A model generated the notes under the pieces. It worked only from the letters and a program-made list of their open reading frames with translations. It was not told the origin of the DNA and did not search any database. A stretch of 61,822 nt of DNA, filler included, from Basidioascus undulatus (Eukaryota): assembly GCA_000826855.1 (NCBI GenBank). It is 6 parts of 6 records of this genome, joined end to end, with 100 filler letters (N's around TTAATTAATTAA, not from the genome) between each part and the next. Parts side by side here need not be neighbours in the genome. Positions count along the whole stretch, not along the records: positions 24,242 to 27,515 come from JTLS01002466.1; positions 27,616 to 30,882 come from JTLS01002467.1; positions 30,983 to 34,243 come from JTLS01002468.1; positions 34,344 to 37,601 come from JTLS01002469.1; 2 more parts are not named here. One strand, 5' to 3'. Shown one piece after another: positions 25,266-37,316 of this stretch. Made by a program: the position numbers and the translations under genes. How positions within the stretch are numbered: position 1 is the first letter of the stretch; every line of letters starts with the position of its first letter.

Positions 25266-27254
25266 CGGATAGGTCGACTCAGATGAGGAGGTCGATGTGG
25301 CGGTTAGGGGGGATGGAGTCTTTGATGAGGAGCAGACGGAGCGGCGGGCGGTGGACTTGAAGGTTGAAGGTTGACTTGGGGGCGAGGAGAGTCGCGGAGG
25401 ACGCGTTCCTCCTGACGCGCGCGCAGCCTGACCAGTCAGCGCGTTGTCGCGGCAGATCTGCAATTTTTTCTTTCGACAGCTGGGCTGGGCACTTGGCCAT
25501 TTCCGGTCGGTATAACGTAGGACCTAACTCTACCTACGGGTCTGCAGCTGCAGCCTCTTACATACGCCAGGCTGAAGCTGCAGCATCTGTCCACGCTGAC
25601 AGCTTGGAACAGGTCTGGTCCAGAAGATGTCGAGGCGCAGATCGCAAATCGCTCTTTCGCTGTTCGGACCGGACCACGGCCGCGGCTTGTCCATGCGCTG
25701 TAGAAAGATTTGGTGCGGATACCCAGCAGCGTGATGGGGTTGTTGGGGTCGTCCTGCAGGTTCCCATTATGTAATGGTTCGAGCGCGTCGGAGCCTCAGT
25801 TGCAGCTGCAAGGCCTCTCGCGTGCCAGGCACAAGCCGTTTTCCGCGAATGCCATGACGTTTCGCGAACGAACGCCGTACAGCTGAGCAGCGTGCGTTTC
25901 GACTTCGGTATGTAGCTCGGTAGCGGCTGTCTGCAGTGGGTTGAAAGTTAAAAATGCGTTTATGGACGGCGTGTTTCCGTATTAAATCAATGAGAGATAA
26001 ATGAACGACATAAACAGCTACACTAGCGACTGCCACGTGCAATATGCGGGGGCGGGCTGTTGCGAAAAAGAGGAAGAAGACGCCCACGGAGTTCACTTTG
26101 GCCGGAGAGGGCGAAGAAAAAGGTGTATATATGTTCGTGTGGCACTATCCGACATCCCAGCCCCAACCCCGTGCGCTTTCCAGCCAGCGCAGTTTTCTGC
26201 CGCTCCTGGCAGTCTCTCCTTCTCCCCCTCCCCCTTGCCCTTCCTCCTCGCTGCTCTGCGAACACACAAAGCCCACCTGCACCCGCGCATTTGGCGAGGA
26301 GTGGGCTGGGTGAGTGGGGCATGTTGGGGGGAGGGAGGACAGCCTTTCCGAGCTGTGCATGGGCGTGGGGGATGGAGAGAGGTTGCGGTTTGAGATGGGG
26401 GAGGTGAAGGAGAGGGAGTCGGGCGTGGATGGGCGTGGATGGGGAATAAGCGTAACTGGAAAGGAGGGGAGCGTCGACTAGGTAGATTGAGAACGCCGGA
26501 ATTGGGTGGTGCATGGACTAGGGAGTGAGGGATCCGGCTGAGCTGGGGAGAGGATGCGAGGGGTGAGTGGGTATGATGCGGATGGAAGACGGAGGAGAGG
26601 GAGCGCAAACCCTGGGCATTTCCTACCCTCTGTTGACATACTCTTTCCCTCATCCTCACATGTGCATTCCACCTCCCCCTCTCAAAGTGCTATGCGCATC
26701 TCGATTCCTCCCCCTTCAGTAGCGCCTGCGCGGTGGTCCGCGTGGTACACCGCCCTCCGCGCATACACCTGACGCCCTCAAAGACCCTCGGGATAGAGGA
26801 AGACCCCTCGGAATAGACAGATAGACAGTCGGATGTTTGCGGACTTGTACCTTCGCTGCGTTGGGAGGAGGGGATCGATGGTGACGCCTCGCGTTGAGTC
26901 TAACCACTCCATCATCCAAGCCTTCGATCATCACAACCTCTCGAGCACGTAGATCACGAGCGCCCCTGCGGATTCCCGAGATCCCCCGCGTGTTGAAGCG
27001 GGAGCAGGAGGGTGTCGAAGGGGGAAGCCAAAAGAGGCAGGCCAAGAGAGGGGAAGAGAGAAGACCGACGACGGCCGAACAGCGAATGCGTCCGCGCTCT
27101 CGCGCGCACGCGCCCGGCTAGCCGCACGATCCGGCCCGGAGGCCTCAACCGCGCCGTCGACGCAACCGTTCAAGTTCTTGAGCGTTTATCAGGCCTTCCA
27201 TTTGCCTGTTCAGCTTCCACATCCACAACGACCTCAACGACCCACCCAACGACC

Positions 27255-27515
27255 ATGGGCGCCCCCTCCAAAGATTCCCAGACCCTCAGCGTGACCGACA
27301 ACCGGACGGGGAAGAGTTACACCAGTGCGTCCACCTGCCCTCTCCTCTGCCTCTCCCCGTCCTCCTCCCCATCTTCCCCATCCGTCTTCTACTCAAACTC
27401 CTCGGCGGAGCGCAGTCCCCATAAAAGACAACTCCATCCCCGCGACCGCCTTCTCTGCCATCCGCGCTCCGGCGTACAAGGGCCAGCGCGACGAGGACGA
27501 GCCGCAGCGGGATCA
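27255..27515 (+). CDS. Citrate synthase, N-terminus without a mitochondrial presequence; truncated by the gap
   Basis: MGAPSKDSQTLSVTDNRTGKSYT|IPIKDNSIPATAFSAI matches the LTVTDNRTGKxYxIPI start of peroxisomal/bacterial-like citrate synthases. Confidence 0.8.
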
Positions 27516-27615
27516 NNNNNNNNNNNNNNNNNNNNNNNNNNNNNNNNNNNNNNNNNNNNTTAATTAATTAANNNNNNNNNNNNNNNNNNNNNNNNNNNNN
27601 NNNNNNNNNNNNNNN
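27516..27615. other. Artificial contig spacer
   Basis: TTAATTAATTAA at 27560-27571 flanked by N runs. Confidence 0.98.
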
Positions 27616-27926
27616 AGACCCATTTACTCACATAGACCCCTGCTTCTCCCCTTCCCACTCCTTTTCTCCGTTCCCCTTCCCCTTCTCCCTTTCCCTTGTC
27701 CCGACACCTGTCTCCCATACTCCCGTTCTCCCTTCCCCCTTCTTCCCCTTCTTTATTCCCCTCCCTCCCTTTCCCCTTCACGCTTCTCCCCTTCCCTTTC
27801 CCGCTTTCCCGGTCCTTCTCCCTAGTCCCCTCCCCTTCCTCCTCCGTCTCCCCACCCCTGAACCACCTCCCCCCCTTCCCGAACTGCGAAGCAACAAACT
27901 GACGAACCCCTCTCGCGCCTCCGCAG

Positions 27927-28391
27927 GTCCTCATCCACCTCGTCACCGTCCTCCATCAACGGCTGCTCGAGCTGTCCCTCGCTGCGGGGGTCCCCGCGCC
28001 GACTTTGCCGCCCCGGTGGGACGAGCGCAACAAGGGCGCGGTGAAGGAGCGCGTTGCCGTCGCGAAGCAGATGTACAGGGAGATGACGGGGAGGGATTGG
28101 CCGGAGGTGGGTCTGACTCTTCTTCTCTTCTCTTCTGTCGTCCCTCCGCCGCCGCTTCGCGGTTTGGGGAGAGAGAGTAGAGTGGGAAAGTGGAGCTGAT
28201 GAGTCTATGTGGGCGGGGGACGAGCAGGATCCGGAGGAATTGCCGGGTGGACTGCCGAGTCCGACAGCGTCGATGGTACGCACCTCTCTTCCATCCTTGA
28301 CCCTTCACCCTTGTTCCGCACCCACCCACATGTTCACATGTACCACGCCTGCGAATAGGACGAGGACCTCTCGCCACTACGTCAATATTGA
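27927..28391 (+). CDS. Last three exons of an unidentified gene (5' part lost in the gap)
   Basis: VLIHLVTVLHQRLLEL...KQMYREMTGRDWPE|DPEELPGGLPSPTASM|DEDLSPLRQY*, with canonical GT-AG introns. Confidence 0.6.
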
Positions 28392-30812
28392 GCGTCGTCC
28401 TCACCCACCCTCACTTCTCTCGGCGAGTCCGTTCGGACTCGTCTTCGTCTCGGCCTTGTACCACCACCACCCACCCTCTCACCGCACACTCCACTGTACT
28501 GCCACGCTACGCTAGCTTCAACACGCCACTCCACCCTTTCCCCTCTCATCCGCTCTACTCGTTCATATCGTTTTTACCCACTCTCTCTCACCTCTTTTCT
28601 GCGATCACCATATCCCCTGCACCCCCTAATAGCTTACGACCCCCGCATAAGCGCGGACGATCCCCTATCCACGAGCTCGATGAACGCCGACGATGAGTTT
28701 TGATGAGATGTAATGAATGTATTTGTATTTCGCCGCTCCGCTTTGAAAATCAGTCATGTGTGTGCACACGAAGCTGGATGCCGAATGCTGCACGCATCCC
28801 CAGGCGTCGCTTGGGGAGCGTTTGCTCGAGCTAGCTTGAGCCCTTCCTTGTCTCAGAGGTAGGGTTTCAGGATTACTTCAAGATGAACGGACGTATGCAT
28901 TAATCTGACCGTGGACGCAGTGGGCCTATGATCTCTGCCGGACTTCACTGAGGCACCAACTGGCATGGGAACGACAGCGGGCAGGCAAACGCGTTGGTAT
29001 TCGCTCCCGCTTCATCTTGCCCGCCACCGATCCGGTCTGTCATACTACCAGTTACAGCGCTGCAGAAAGTACGCTGTTATCCCATATATTTACTGAAAGG
29101 TGGTGAAGACGTCGAAATATGCCTGCACTGGTCAGCCGCTTCTTCATCATGCTGCGGCATCCATCCGAGAAAATGAAAGTGGGATCCAACCTATGAGTCA
29201 TCTCTGAGGAAATTTAGGCATAATATATATCCAAGCTTGGCTGAAAGTAAACACAACATAGAAGAAAAGAAGCCTTCCATGAGAGTGTTCCCTTTTCGCG
29301 GTCTTTCAGGTGCGAGAGATGTACTGCGCAACCACAGGGTTTGCTCGACAGCAGCACTAAAGCATCTCAGAGGTAATTTACATCCCAGTTTCATTGTCCT
29401 CCACCTATCCTTTTGGACTTGCTTCTGTACTGGAAAGCGGGCTAGGGATCGTGCACGGCTTCCGGCCTCTTGCGGCTGCGAAGTGAGAACAGTCACTTCG
29501 GGTCGCTTGCACGGCGGCTTGTTGGGGACTATAGGCTTGGGTGCGCAAGCTCAACAGCTGGATATGAGACGACTCCTGTACCTATCTATTATCCTGCATA
29601 GAAAGCTGTGCCTTTCAGGTAATGCCACTGCGTTAGTCAAAGACAGACCATCAACTAGTAAAAACCGCCGGCCCGACGCCCCGGCCGGACACATGCGACT
29701 GCTGGCATCGTTGCCTTGCTCACTCAAACCATCACGACGACGCTGACAATCCCCGAATACCTCTTCGATCCTCGCAACGTCGTCTTGGGGCGACAACGCC
29801 TTTAGCACACACACGGCCAGCCCTGAATCGCTCCCATGGACGACGACAATCCGCCGCGGCCTGGGCGGCGACGCTGGCCACGATCCGGTCAAGCTTCGCC
29901 AATCACCGCTTCCACCAGGACGTCGAGCTCAATGCTGAGTTGAAGTACGACTATCGATTTGCTTGCAATGAGATGGGGAGAGACGTGGGCCGCTGTGCTT
30001 CTGTCCTTCGACATTTGTCGCCGATATTGTGCGGCCGTGGTCCAGGCATTCCATCACCACCAAGAGCGGCGAGACGTACAAGTTGTTCATGGGAAGGTAA
30101 CATTCGACATAACCCATCGATTTTTCGTATACTCCTTCTGATTCTGTCTACGTACAGGTGGTTCCGGTTGGCAGTAAAGCCTCTAAACCCCTCGCTGAGT
30201 TGCCTGCCCGCCGAGAAGCACATATTTCGCAAATCCCGACCGCCCTCTTCAGGTTACCACCGGCGACCCAACTCTGACAGAACCGGCGCTGGTTCTGCTT
30301 ATCCTTGGACGGTTTTGGGATCAGATGTACAAGTGCCCGAAGTACAGCGGGCTGCAGGCGACGTTGCGGGGTTGCAGGGCGGATTGGTGGTCATTCCGGG
30401 CGCAGCGCCCGTAATTTGATGATACTCGTCGTCCACTTGGAAATGTCATGTGATACTTTTGTGCTGGTCTGTAATCAAGTATTGTTGACGTTGATTCGTG
30501 GCAACTGGTCGGCATACACACAGGCACATTAGTGAAGTTGCACTGCAGAGATACCATACGCATCCCGCGACCTGTAAGCGCAAGGTTCTTCCGTCAAATA
30601 CTTCCAAAGTCGCTCTCACTGGATCGTTTCCAGACCGTCTTCTCATTACGATCTGCAGAAAAGAAAACTTGCAAAGGCTACAGCAAGGCGTTGCAGTCGA
30701 CGAGATACGCAGGCGCCGTAATCGCCCCCTTTAATCGCCCTTCGCACCCTCGTGCCTGCTCAGTGCGCATCAAACTGCATGACCTCGCAGCGCGATACTT
30801 ACCTTGTTCCCC

Positions 30813-30882
30813 ATCCTCTCTGGCCTTTTGGCTTAGATCAAGTGTAGTATCTGTTCTTTCAAGTTTGACAACTTGAACGAGG
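30813..30882 (+). ncRNA. U2: U2 snRNA, 5' ~70 nt; truncated by the contig end
   Basis: GGCCTTTTGGCTTAGATCAAGTGTAGTATCTGTTCTT matches U2 stem I and the branch-point recognition sequence GTAGTA. Stem IIa TTCAAGTT-TGAC-AACTTGAA is a perfect hairpin. Confidence 0.95.
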
Positions 30883-30982
30883 NNNNNNNNNNNNNNNNNN
30901 NNNNNNNNNNNNNNNNNNNNNNNNNNTTAATTAATTAANNNNNNNNNNNNNNNNNNNNNNNNNNNNNNNNNNNNNNNNNNNN
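30883..30982. other. Artificial contig spacer
   Basis: TTAATTAATTAA at 30927-30938. Confidence 0.98.
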
Positions 30983-31287
30983 GGAGGAGGAGGAGGAGCC
31001 CGCGCCCGCGAAGGGCAAGAAGCGCAAGGCGCAAGCGATCGCGCCGTCCCAATCGGGGCTCGTCCCCAACTCTGCGTCCCTGAAATACGCTGTGCGTCCT
31101 TTCCCCCAACCCCCAACCCCACTCGCAGCTCCTCATCATGTTCTCCTTCCCCTTTTTGCAGATGCCCTCCAAGAGCGTCGAGGCCAAGGTCGCTGCTGCC
31201 GGCGCCCAGCAGCCACAGTCGAAGAAGCAGAAGAAGGCCATCGGCGCTGCCGCACCTGCGCCCAAGCAGGCTGCGGCGCCGAAGCAT

Positions 31288-31318
<31 letters not shown>

Positions 31319-31430
31319 GTGGCGGGATGAAGAAGAACAAGAAGAACAAGAACAAGGTGCGTTACTTTCGGGTGATCGTTCTGAGGTGCGGGGGGCGCGC
31401 GCTGACGGTGGGTGGCATGTATAGGCTTAG
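30983..31430 (+). CDS. 3' exons of a Lys-rich, probably nuclear/nucleolar protein with a polyQ tract
   Basis: EEEEEPAPAKGKKRKA...SLKYA|MPSKSVEAK...HQ10GGGMKKNKKNKNK|A*, with GT-AG introns. (CAG)10 at 31288-31317. Confidence 0.6.
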
Positions 31431-33378
31431 GGGAGCTGGGATTCTTGTTTGGGATCCGGAGCGGGATTTCATATATTCACAGTGTCGTTTCCAATGACCG
31501 CCGTGTGCCCGTGTGCGACCTTCCTACGCGAGAGAGATGCTCACCCCATTCGCACATGTCGGCGCCCGCTGTCCATCAGCTGAACCGCATGTTGATGACA
31601 ATCGAAGAAAACCGCTGCTTCTTCGATCGACTAGCACATTGCTGTCGCATACCTTCGACCGAACCCTGTCTCACAGATGTTCATTTTCTCGTGGCCACGA
31701 GTAAGCGTCTTTTGGGATGATGTCCGCTGTTGTTATCTACCGAAGGGCCGCATCTCATCTCACTGTCTCGTGATTTTTTCCCACTGCTCAATCTAATGGA
31801 ACCCTCGCCGAGCGCACAAGATACAGCCATAAGGCTGCGCGCTGGACTCCGGCATTCTGTGGTCCGATCGATCCTATCATTCAGCGCAGCGTCGCCGCGC
31901 CCCGTTCCTGCGGTCTTGACCGGCATAGTCCAAGTCCGCATGCATGAAGGGAACTCTTACACGATCCTACATCGTCTACCCTAGGCTGCGCACCCCGCAT
32001 CAAAAACCAATGCGTCCGTCCCACGAGGATGCGGCTCCGCGATCCGCAAGCGCAGCCTCGGCTGTCCACTGACTCACGAAGGTCTCCGGTACTCTACATC
32101 ACAACCTCAAACGTGCCTCCGATGGAATCCTCACCCGGACTTGCACTCCTGGCTCGCAGCGCGAAAGAAACTAGCGGAGAGCGGCTGCGCGCGACGGTTC
32201 ATTATTCATTCCCTCGACTACCTAAAACTTCTGTATTCAACCTCCATGCAGCGTTTGGAGTGCGTGGTCTGTCCACCATGAGACGGATCGCATCGCGCCC
32301 CAACCTGTGGGCATATCCGTCGCAACGCCTCCCTTAACCCCCTGTTTCCCCAACCCTCGCGCCACAGTCCAGAGCTATTCTACATTCATAGAATCCTCTC
32401 GCTCCCTTCACGCCTGTAAATCGCAAGACCCAGCAACAGTAACGCCCCTCGGCCATCCCCCCCACTCCCCGACTCTCGGGGTTTCTGATTCAACAGCGAG
32501 TCCGCCAAGCCCAAGCCCTCAGCCAGACTCAATGCTGCTTCTGACGGCCGACCCTCTCGGATCACTGATCCCTTGACACAATGTCAGTCTTGGCGCATGG
32601 TTGAGGTTGCGGAAGAAATGCATATGCAAGAGAATTGAAATCAGTGACAGCTGGTGAAAGGGCGGAGAGGGGGCAGGAAGCTGGGGAGGTGTGAGCGGCC
32701 TTGGCTGACAAGAGTTTAGTTGAGTTGGAGTTGGCATCGCGGTCCGGTTGTGCCACAGAACCAGGGTCCAGGTTACGGAAGAAGTAAAGGCCAGCGAAAG
32801 ATATGTATAGAACGGCGATCAGTAGTTACTTAGCAGAAGCAGCCGAAAGAAGGAGAAATGAAGAAAGTCAGCTGCTCCGACGGTAACGGTGTATAGAGGA
32901 TCACCACCTATACATCTTCGAATAGGGGAAGACAATAGGGAACTGAATCTTGGATGTTCGCGGAAGCCGGAAGCTGTACACGGTCACGGTGGTCAAAGCG
33001 TCAGGAGATATGGATGTGCTTGGGTGCCCGCGAGTACTTGGGGGACAAGAGGTTGCAATTGGGACAGACCGAAACTCGCTCGCAGTTGGGGTGTGATTGA
33101 GAAGCGAATGCGGGCGGTCGTCGTCTTTTGCAAGTTGAAATCTGTCTGTGCAGTTGCGAGACAGCCTGCTTCTGGCAAACCTCTGAAAGACGTGGGTGGT
33201 TTTACGTTGACGCTGACTGACCAGCCCTGGCCCTTGCATGCATAAGTTATTCACCCGCCCAAAAGAACAGCAGCACGGCGGTGAATGATGATGATGAAGC
33301 CATGCTGCATCGCAGCTGCGATGTTCTCGCCTGTCAAGCCGCCGCCGCCACACTTCCTTCGAATCTCGCCCGAGCCGC

Positions 33379-33409
33379 CCGACGTCCGACGTCCGACGTC
33401 CGACGTCCG
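33379..33409. repeat. 7-bp tandem repeat (CCGACGT) x4.4
   Basis: Read directly from the sequence. Confidence 0.9.
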
Positions 33410-34065
33410 CGGAAGTCCTTCCGACACTCACTCACTCACTGACCGCGTGTCTCGGCAGAAGGGCGCGCGCCTCGTGCGCAGCGTGTGGAAGACTGCCAAG
33501 ACGAGGCAAAGGGAATGAAGAGGCGCTGTCAGAAATCAGTGAAGGCCATCGCCGAGGACCAGGATATGGGATTAAGGGGGAGCCGGCATCGCCCCTCACT
33601 CTCAGTAACTCATCATAACCATCACCAGCATCCATACCTCCACCTCCTCCTTCGCCCTCCCGCGGGCCCCCAAGTCGACCCGACGCTCAGCGCTCTGACA
33701 ATCCGCACTTCTTTCCCGCACGTGAGTTGCGTTTTATTCGGCGCCCTCCCTCCCGTATCCGGAAAACCAAAGGCGGAACGGCCGCTGGGAGGAGGTGGAG
33801 CGCGCCTCGAGGTGGCTTGGCTAGCTTGCTCAGTGGTGGGTGATGGCGACTGGGTTGACGAGCGGCGCGGCATCCATCACTGATTTCTTGCACGCCTTTG
33901 GAGGGAGCGAGTCTGACTGCCCCTTCCCCTTCCCCTTTCATTCGGCACCCCTTATCGCTCGGCTGTACGCGCCCTGACACCGATTTCTGGCTTGCTCAGG
34001 CCCAGCTACATAGCGGATTATTCGATTCTTGGTCCTGAATCACGACCCATCACATCCAGACGAGG

Positions 34066-34243
34066 ATGCCGATGTCGTCCACTCTCCGTCGTCTCCTCCG
34101 GGACGACTCGCTCGCCCCTCCTCCCGCTTCCTCCTCGGCATACCCCCCTTCCTCCTCCTACCCCGCACATTCCACCTCCGCCCCCTCCCCCCTCCTCCTC
34201 TCCAACAAGCCCTTCAGCACCCCCCGCCGTCATCGCTGCTCCC
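34066..34243 (+). CDS. Possible 5' start of a Ser/Pro-rich protein, truncated by the gap
   Basis: MPMSSTLRRLLRDDSLAPPPASSS... is open to the contig end. Low complexity, no domain recognised. Confidence 0.3.
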
Positions 34244-34343
34244 NNNNNNNNNNNNNNNNNNNNNNNNNNNNNNNNNNNNNNNNNNNNTTAATTAATTAAN
34301 NNNNNNNNNNNNNNNNNNNNNNNNNNNNNNNNNNNNNNNNNNN
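34244..34343. other. Artificial contig spacer
   Basis: TTAATTAATTAA at 34288-34299. Confidence 0.98.
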
Positions 34344-36640
34344 GTGAACTCCATCTCGTCCATGCCTTCGCCGGTGTACCTATCAGCCCCAGCCCCACAC
34401 CCCACCCCAAAGTTCAGCATGCGCCCTGTCCGCTCGCGCCTGGAAAAGGAAAACGAGTGTGCACCAGTGCAAGAACGCCTTGCGGCGGAACATGAGCGAG
34501 AACTGGTCGTTGACGCGCTTGAAGAGCTCCTGGATCGACGTCGAGTTGCCGACGAACGTGACGGCCATCTTGAGCCCGCGGGGCGGGATGTCACTGCGCC
34601 AGACCCCACACCTCACATCTCAGCAATCCTGATCCTCTTCCATCTCATCGCAGGAGGAAGACGACGGACCAGTGGGCAGTCTGGACGTTGTTCGGGATCC
34701 ACTCGACAAAGTACGCCGAGTTCTTGTTCTGGATCGCGTGCATCTGGTCCTCGACCTCCTTCATCGAGACCTTGCCGCGGAAGTACGCCGCGACCTGTCC
34801 ATTTCCCACACCCTGCGTCAGCGTCCCATCTCCCTACATAGAAAATGAGGTGACGGAGGCGCACGGTGAGGTAGCGACCGTGGCGCGGGTCAGACGCGGC
34901 CATCATGTTCTTCGCGTCGAACATCTGCTGCGTCAGCTCCGCAACGGTCACGGCGCGGTACTGCTGGCTGCCGCGGGCCGTGAGGGGCGCGAAGCCGACC
35001 ATGAAGAAGTGGAGACGGGGGAAGGGAACTACGTGGGCCCGCTTTCAGTTCAGCGCGACTTGCCTTAGGCGCTGGAAACTGCAAGAGACGAACGCACCCA
35101 TGTTGACGGCGAGCTTGCGCAAGTCCGAGTTGAGCTGGCCGGGGAAGCGGAAGCACGTGGTGATGCCGGACATGACGACGGAGACGAGCTGGTTGAGGTC
35201 ACCGTACGTCGGCGTGGAGAGCTTGAGCGTCTTGTTGCAGATGTCGTAGAGGGCCTCGTTGTCGATACAGAACGTCGCGTCCGAGTTCTCGACGAGCTGG
35301 TGCACCGAGAGCGTCGCGTTGTAGGGCTCGACGACGGTGTCGGAAACCTAGACACAGCCCGCACAGTTCAGCGCTCGTTCAGAGTCAGAAACCAAAGGCA
35401 AAGCGTGAGAGGGACGGCTGAGTCAGGGGAGGTGAACAGGAGAGGAAGGGGAGACGAAAGGGAGGGAACGGAAGAGGAAGGGGCAGGGAGGAGCAGCAAC
35501 CCATACCTTAGGCGACGGCAGCACCGAAAAAGTAGCCATCATGCGATCGGGGAACTCCTCGCGGATCTTGGAAATGAGCAAGGTGCCCATGCCGGAGCCG
35601 GTACCACCGCCGAGGGAGTGGGTGATCTGGAAGCCCTGGAGGCAGTCGCAGCCCTCGGCCTCCTTGCGGACGACGTCGAGGACTGAGTCGACGAGCTCAG
35701 CACCCTCAGTGTAGTGGCCCTTCGCCCAGTTGTTGCCAGCACCGGACTGGCCGAAGACCATGTTGTCCGGGCGGAAGAGACCGCCGAGCGGGGAAGACCG
35801 GATCGAGTCCATGGTGCCGGGCTCGAGGTCGCTGTTGGCGGAATCCCCCATATCAGAATCCAGCATTTCAACGCAGAGAAGGCAAGGGAGTAACTGCAAC
35901 TCACACAAGGACCGCGCGGGGCACGTACTTGCCGCCTGCAGCCTCCTCGTCAGCCCAGTTCCTACAATAAACCCTTCTCGCCGCGATCCCGTCCGGCAAC
36001 GTACCAGAGGCCTCGTTGTAGTACACGTTGATGCGCTCGAGCTGCCTGTAAGAAAGCGCGTCAGCTCCTACTGGCTAGTCCACTGCCGGAGCTGCGGAAA
36101 GACGCACTCATCGGTCGTGCCCTTGTACGCGCCGTTGCCGTCAAGCCCGTGCTCCTCGCCGATGACCTCCTGCACTCCGTCGCCCCCGGTCCGCGTCAGC
36201 GACTCATCCACCTGAGCTTCCTCGATCTCTCCTAGCGAGCGGAACGCACCCAGAACTTGGCACCTATGCGCGCCAGCCCGAACCACCGTCAGTTAGCTCA
36301 CCGCCTTGGCCGCTCACCGCCGAGCGAGGGCGAAGGGGCGTACCGATCTGGTTACCGCACTGTGCAACACCGAAGCAGCGCACAACGATGGCAGCGCGAA
36401 GAAGCAAGAATCGTCAGAACCACGCTTGTCTGCATGCGGCTAGTGGGGCGGGGCGGGGGCGGGCGTGGGTGCCTTCCCCCTTCCCCTCCTGCACCTTCGC
36501 CTTACCTGGCCAGTCTGCAGGTGAACGATCCTGTCCGCCCGCCGCACCACAAATCAGTATCTCCTCCACCCAATCCAATCCCTCTCTCTCTCCCAGCCCT
36601 CCCCACTGGAATCAAAGCCCTCCACTCACTCGCGACCCAT
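34344..36640 (-). CDS. TUB2: Beta-tubulin (intron-rich; C-terminal tail cut by the contig start)
   Basis: Exons give [22 protein letters not shown]...DLEPGTMDS...[12 protein letters not shown]...GGGTGSGMG...[17 protein letters not shown]...[20 protein letters not shown]. Confidence 0.97.
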
Positions 36641-37316
36641 TGTTTTCGAAACTAAGTATTAAAGGGGAGTACTGATCGAGCGAGAGGGGGGAGAGAGTTA
36701 AAAAGCAAAAGCTGCAGAAATTGTATCGTGCGGGTACCGGCGGCGGTGGCGGCGAGGGTGTGGTGAAGGTCGAAGGATGAAGGGTGAATGAGACGAGAGC
36801 CGGGCGGAAGGAGGAAGGGAAGGGTCTGTGCTGGCGGCGGGCGGGCCAAAGGCGAGCGCGTACGAGGCATCCGAGCGCGCGCGCGTCGTGAAGCTCGACT
36901 GACATATTGTTCAAGCCACGAGAGCGCGTTTTCTTTCTTTTGCACAAAGCACCCGCGTGTCGTCAATCACTTCACTAGGTCAAATTAGATGCCTAAGGTA
37001 TACGACAAGCGAGAGGCGTTATCCCAAACAAGCGAGCGAAAGCAACCCCAAACGAACGAAGAAAGAACCGAGCGTTCCAATTGCAACAAGGCAACAAACG
37101 ATCGACAATCGACAATCGACTAGTAGGGCTAACTAACACACGGAAACACGGACAGAAGACCGAAATGAAGAATCGCAAAAGGAAAGGAGAACGGGGGTAG
37201 ACGCGCGCGCTGAAAAAGGCGAGCCGAGCGCAGCGGCGAGGATCGCACCAGACCGGGGGATATACAGACAGCGACCGAAGGGAGAGAAAAGCAGGAACAA
37301 GGACCGAAGGCTCCGT

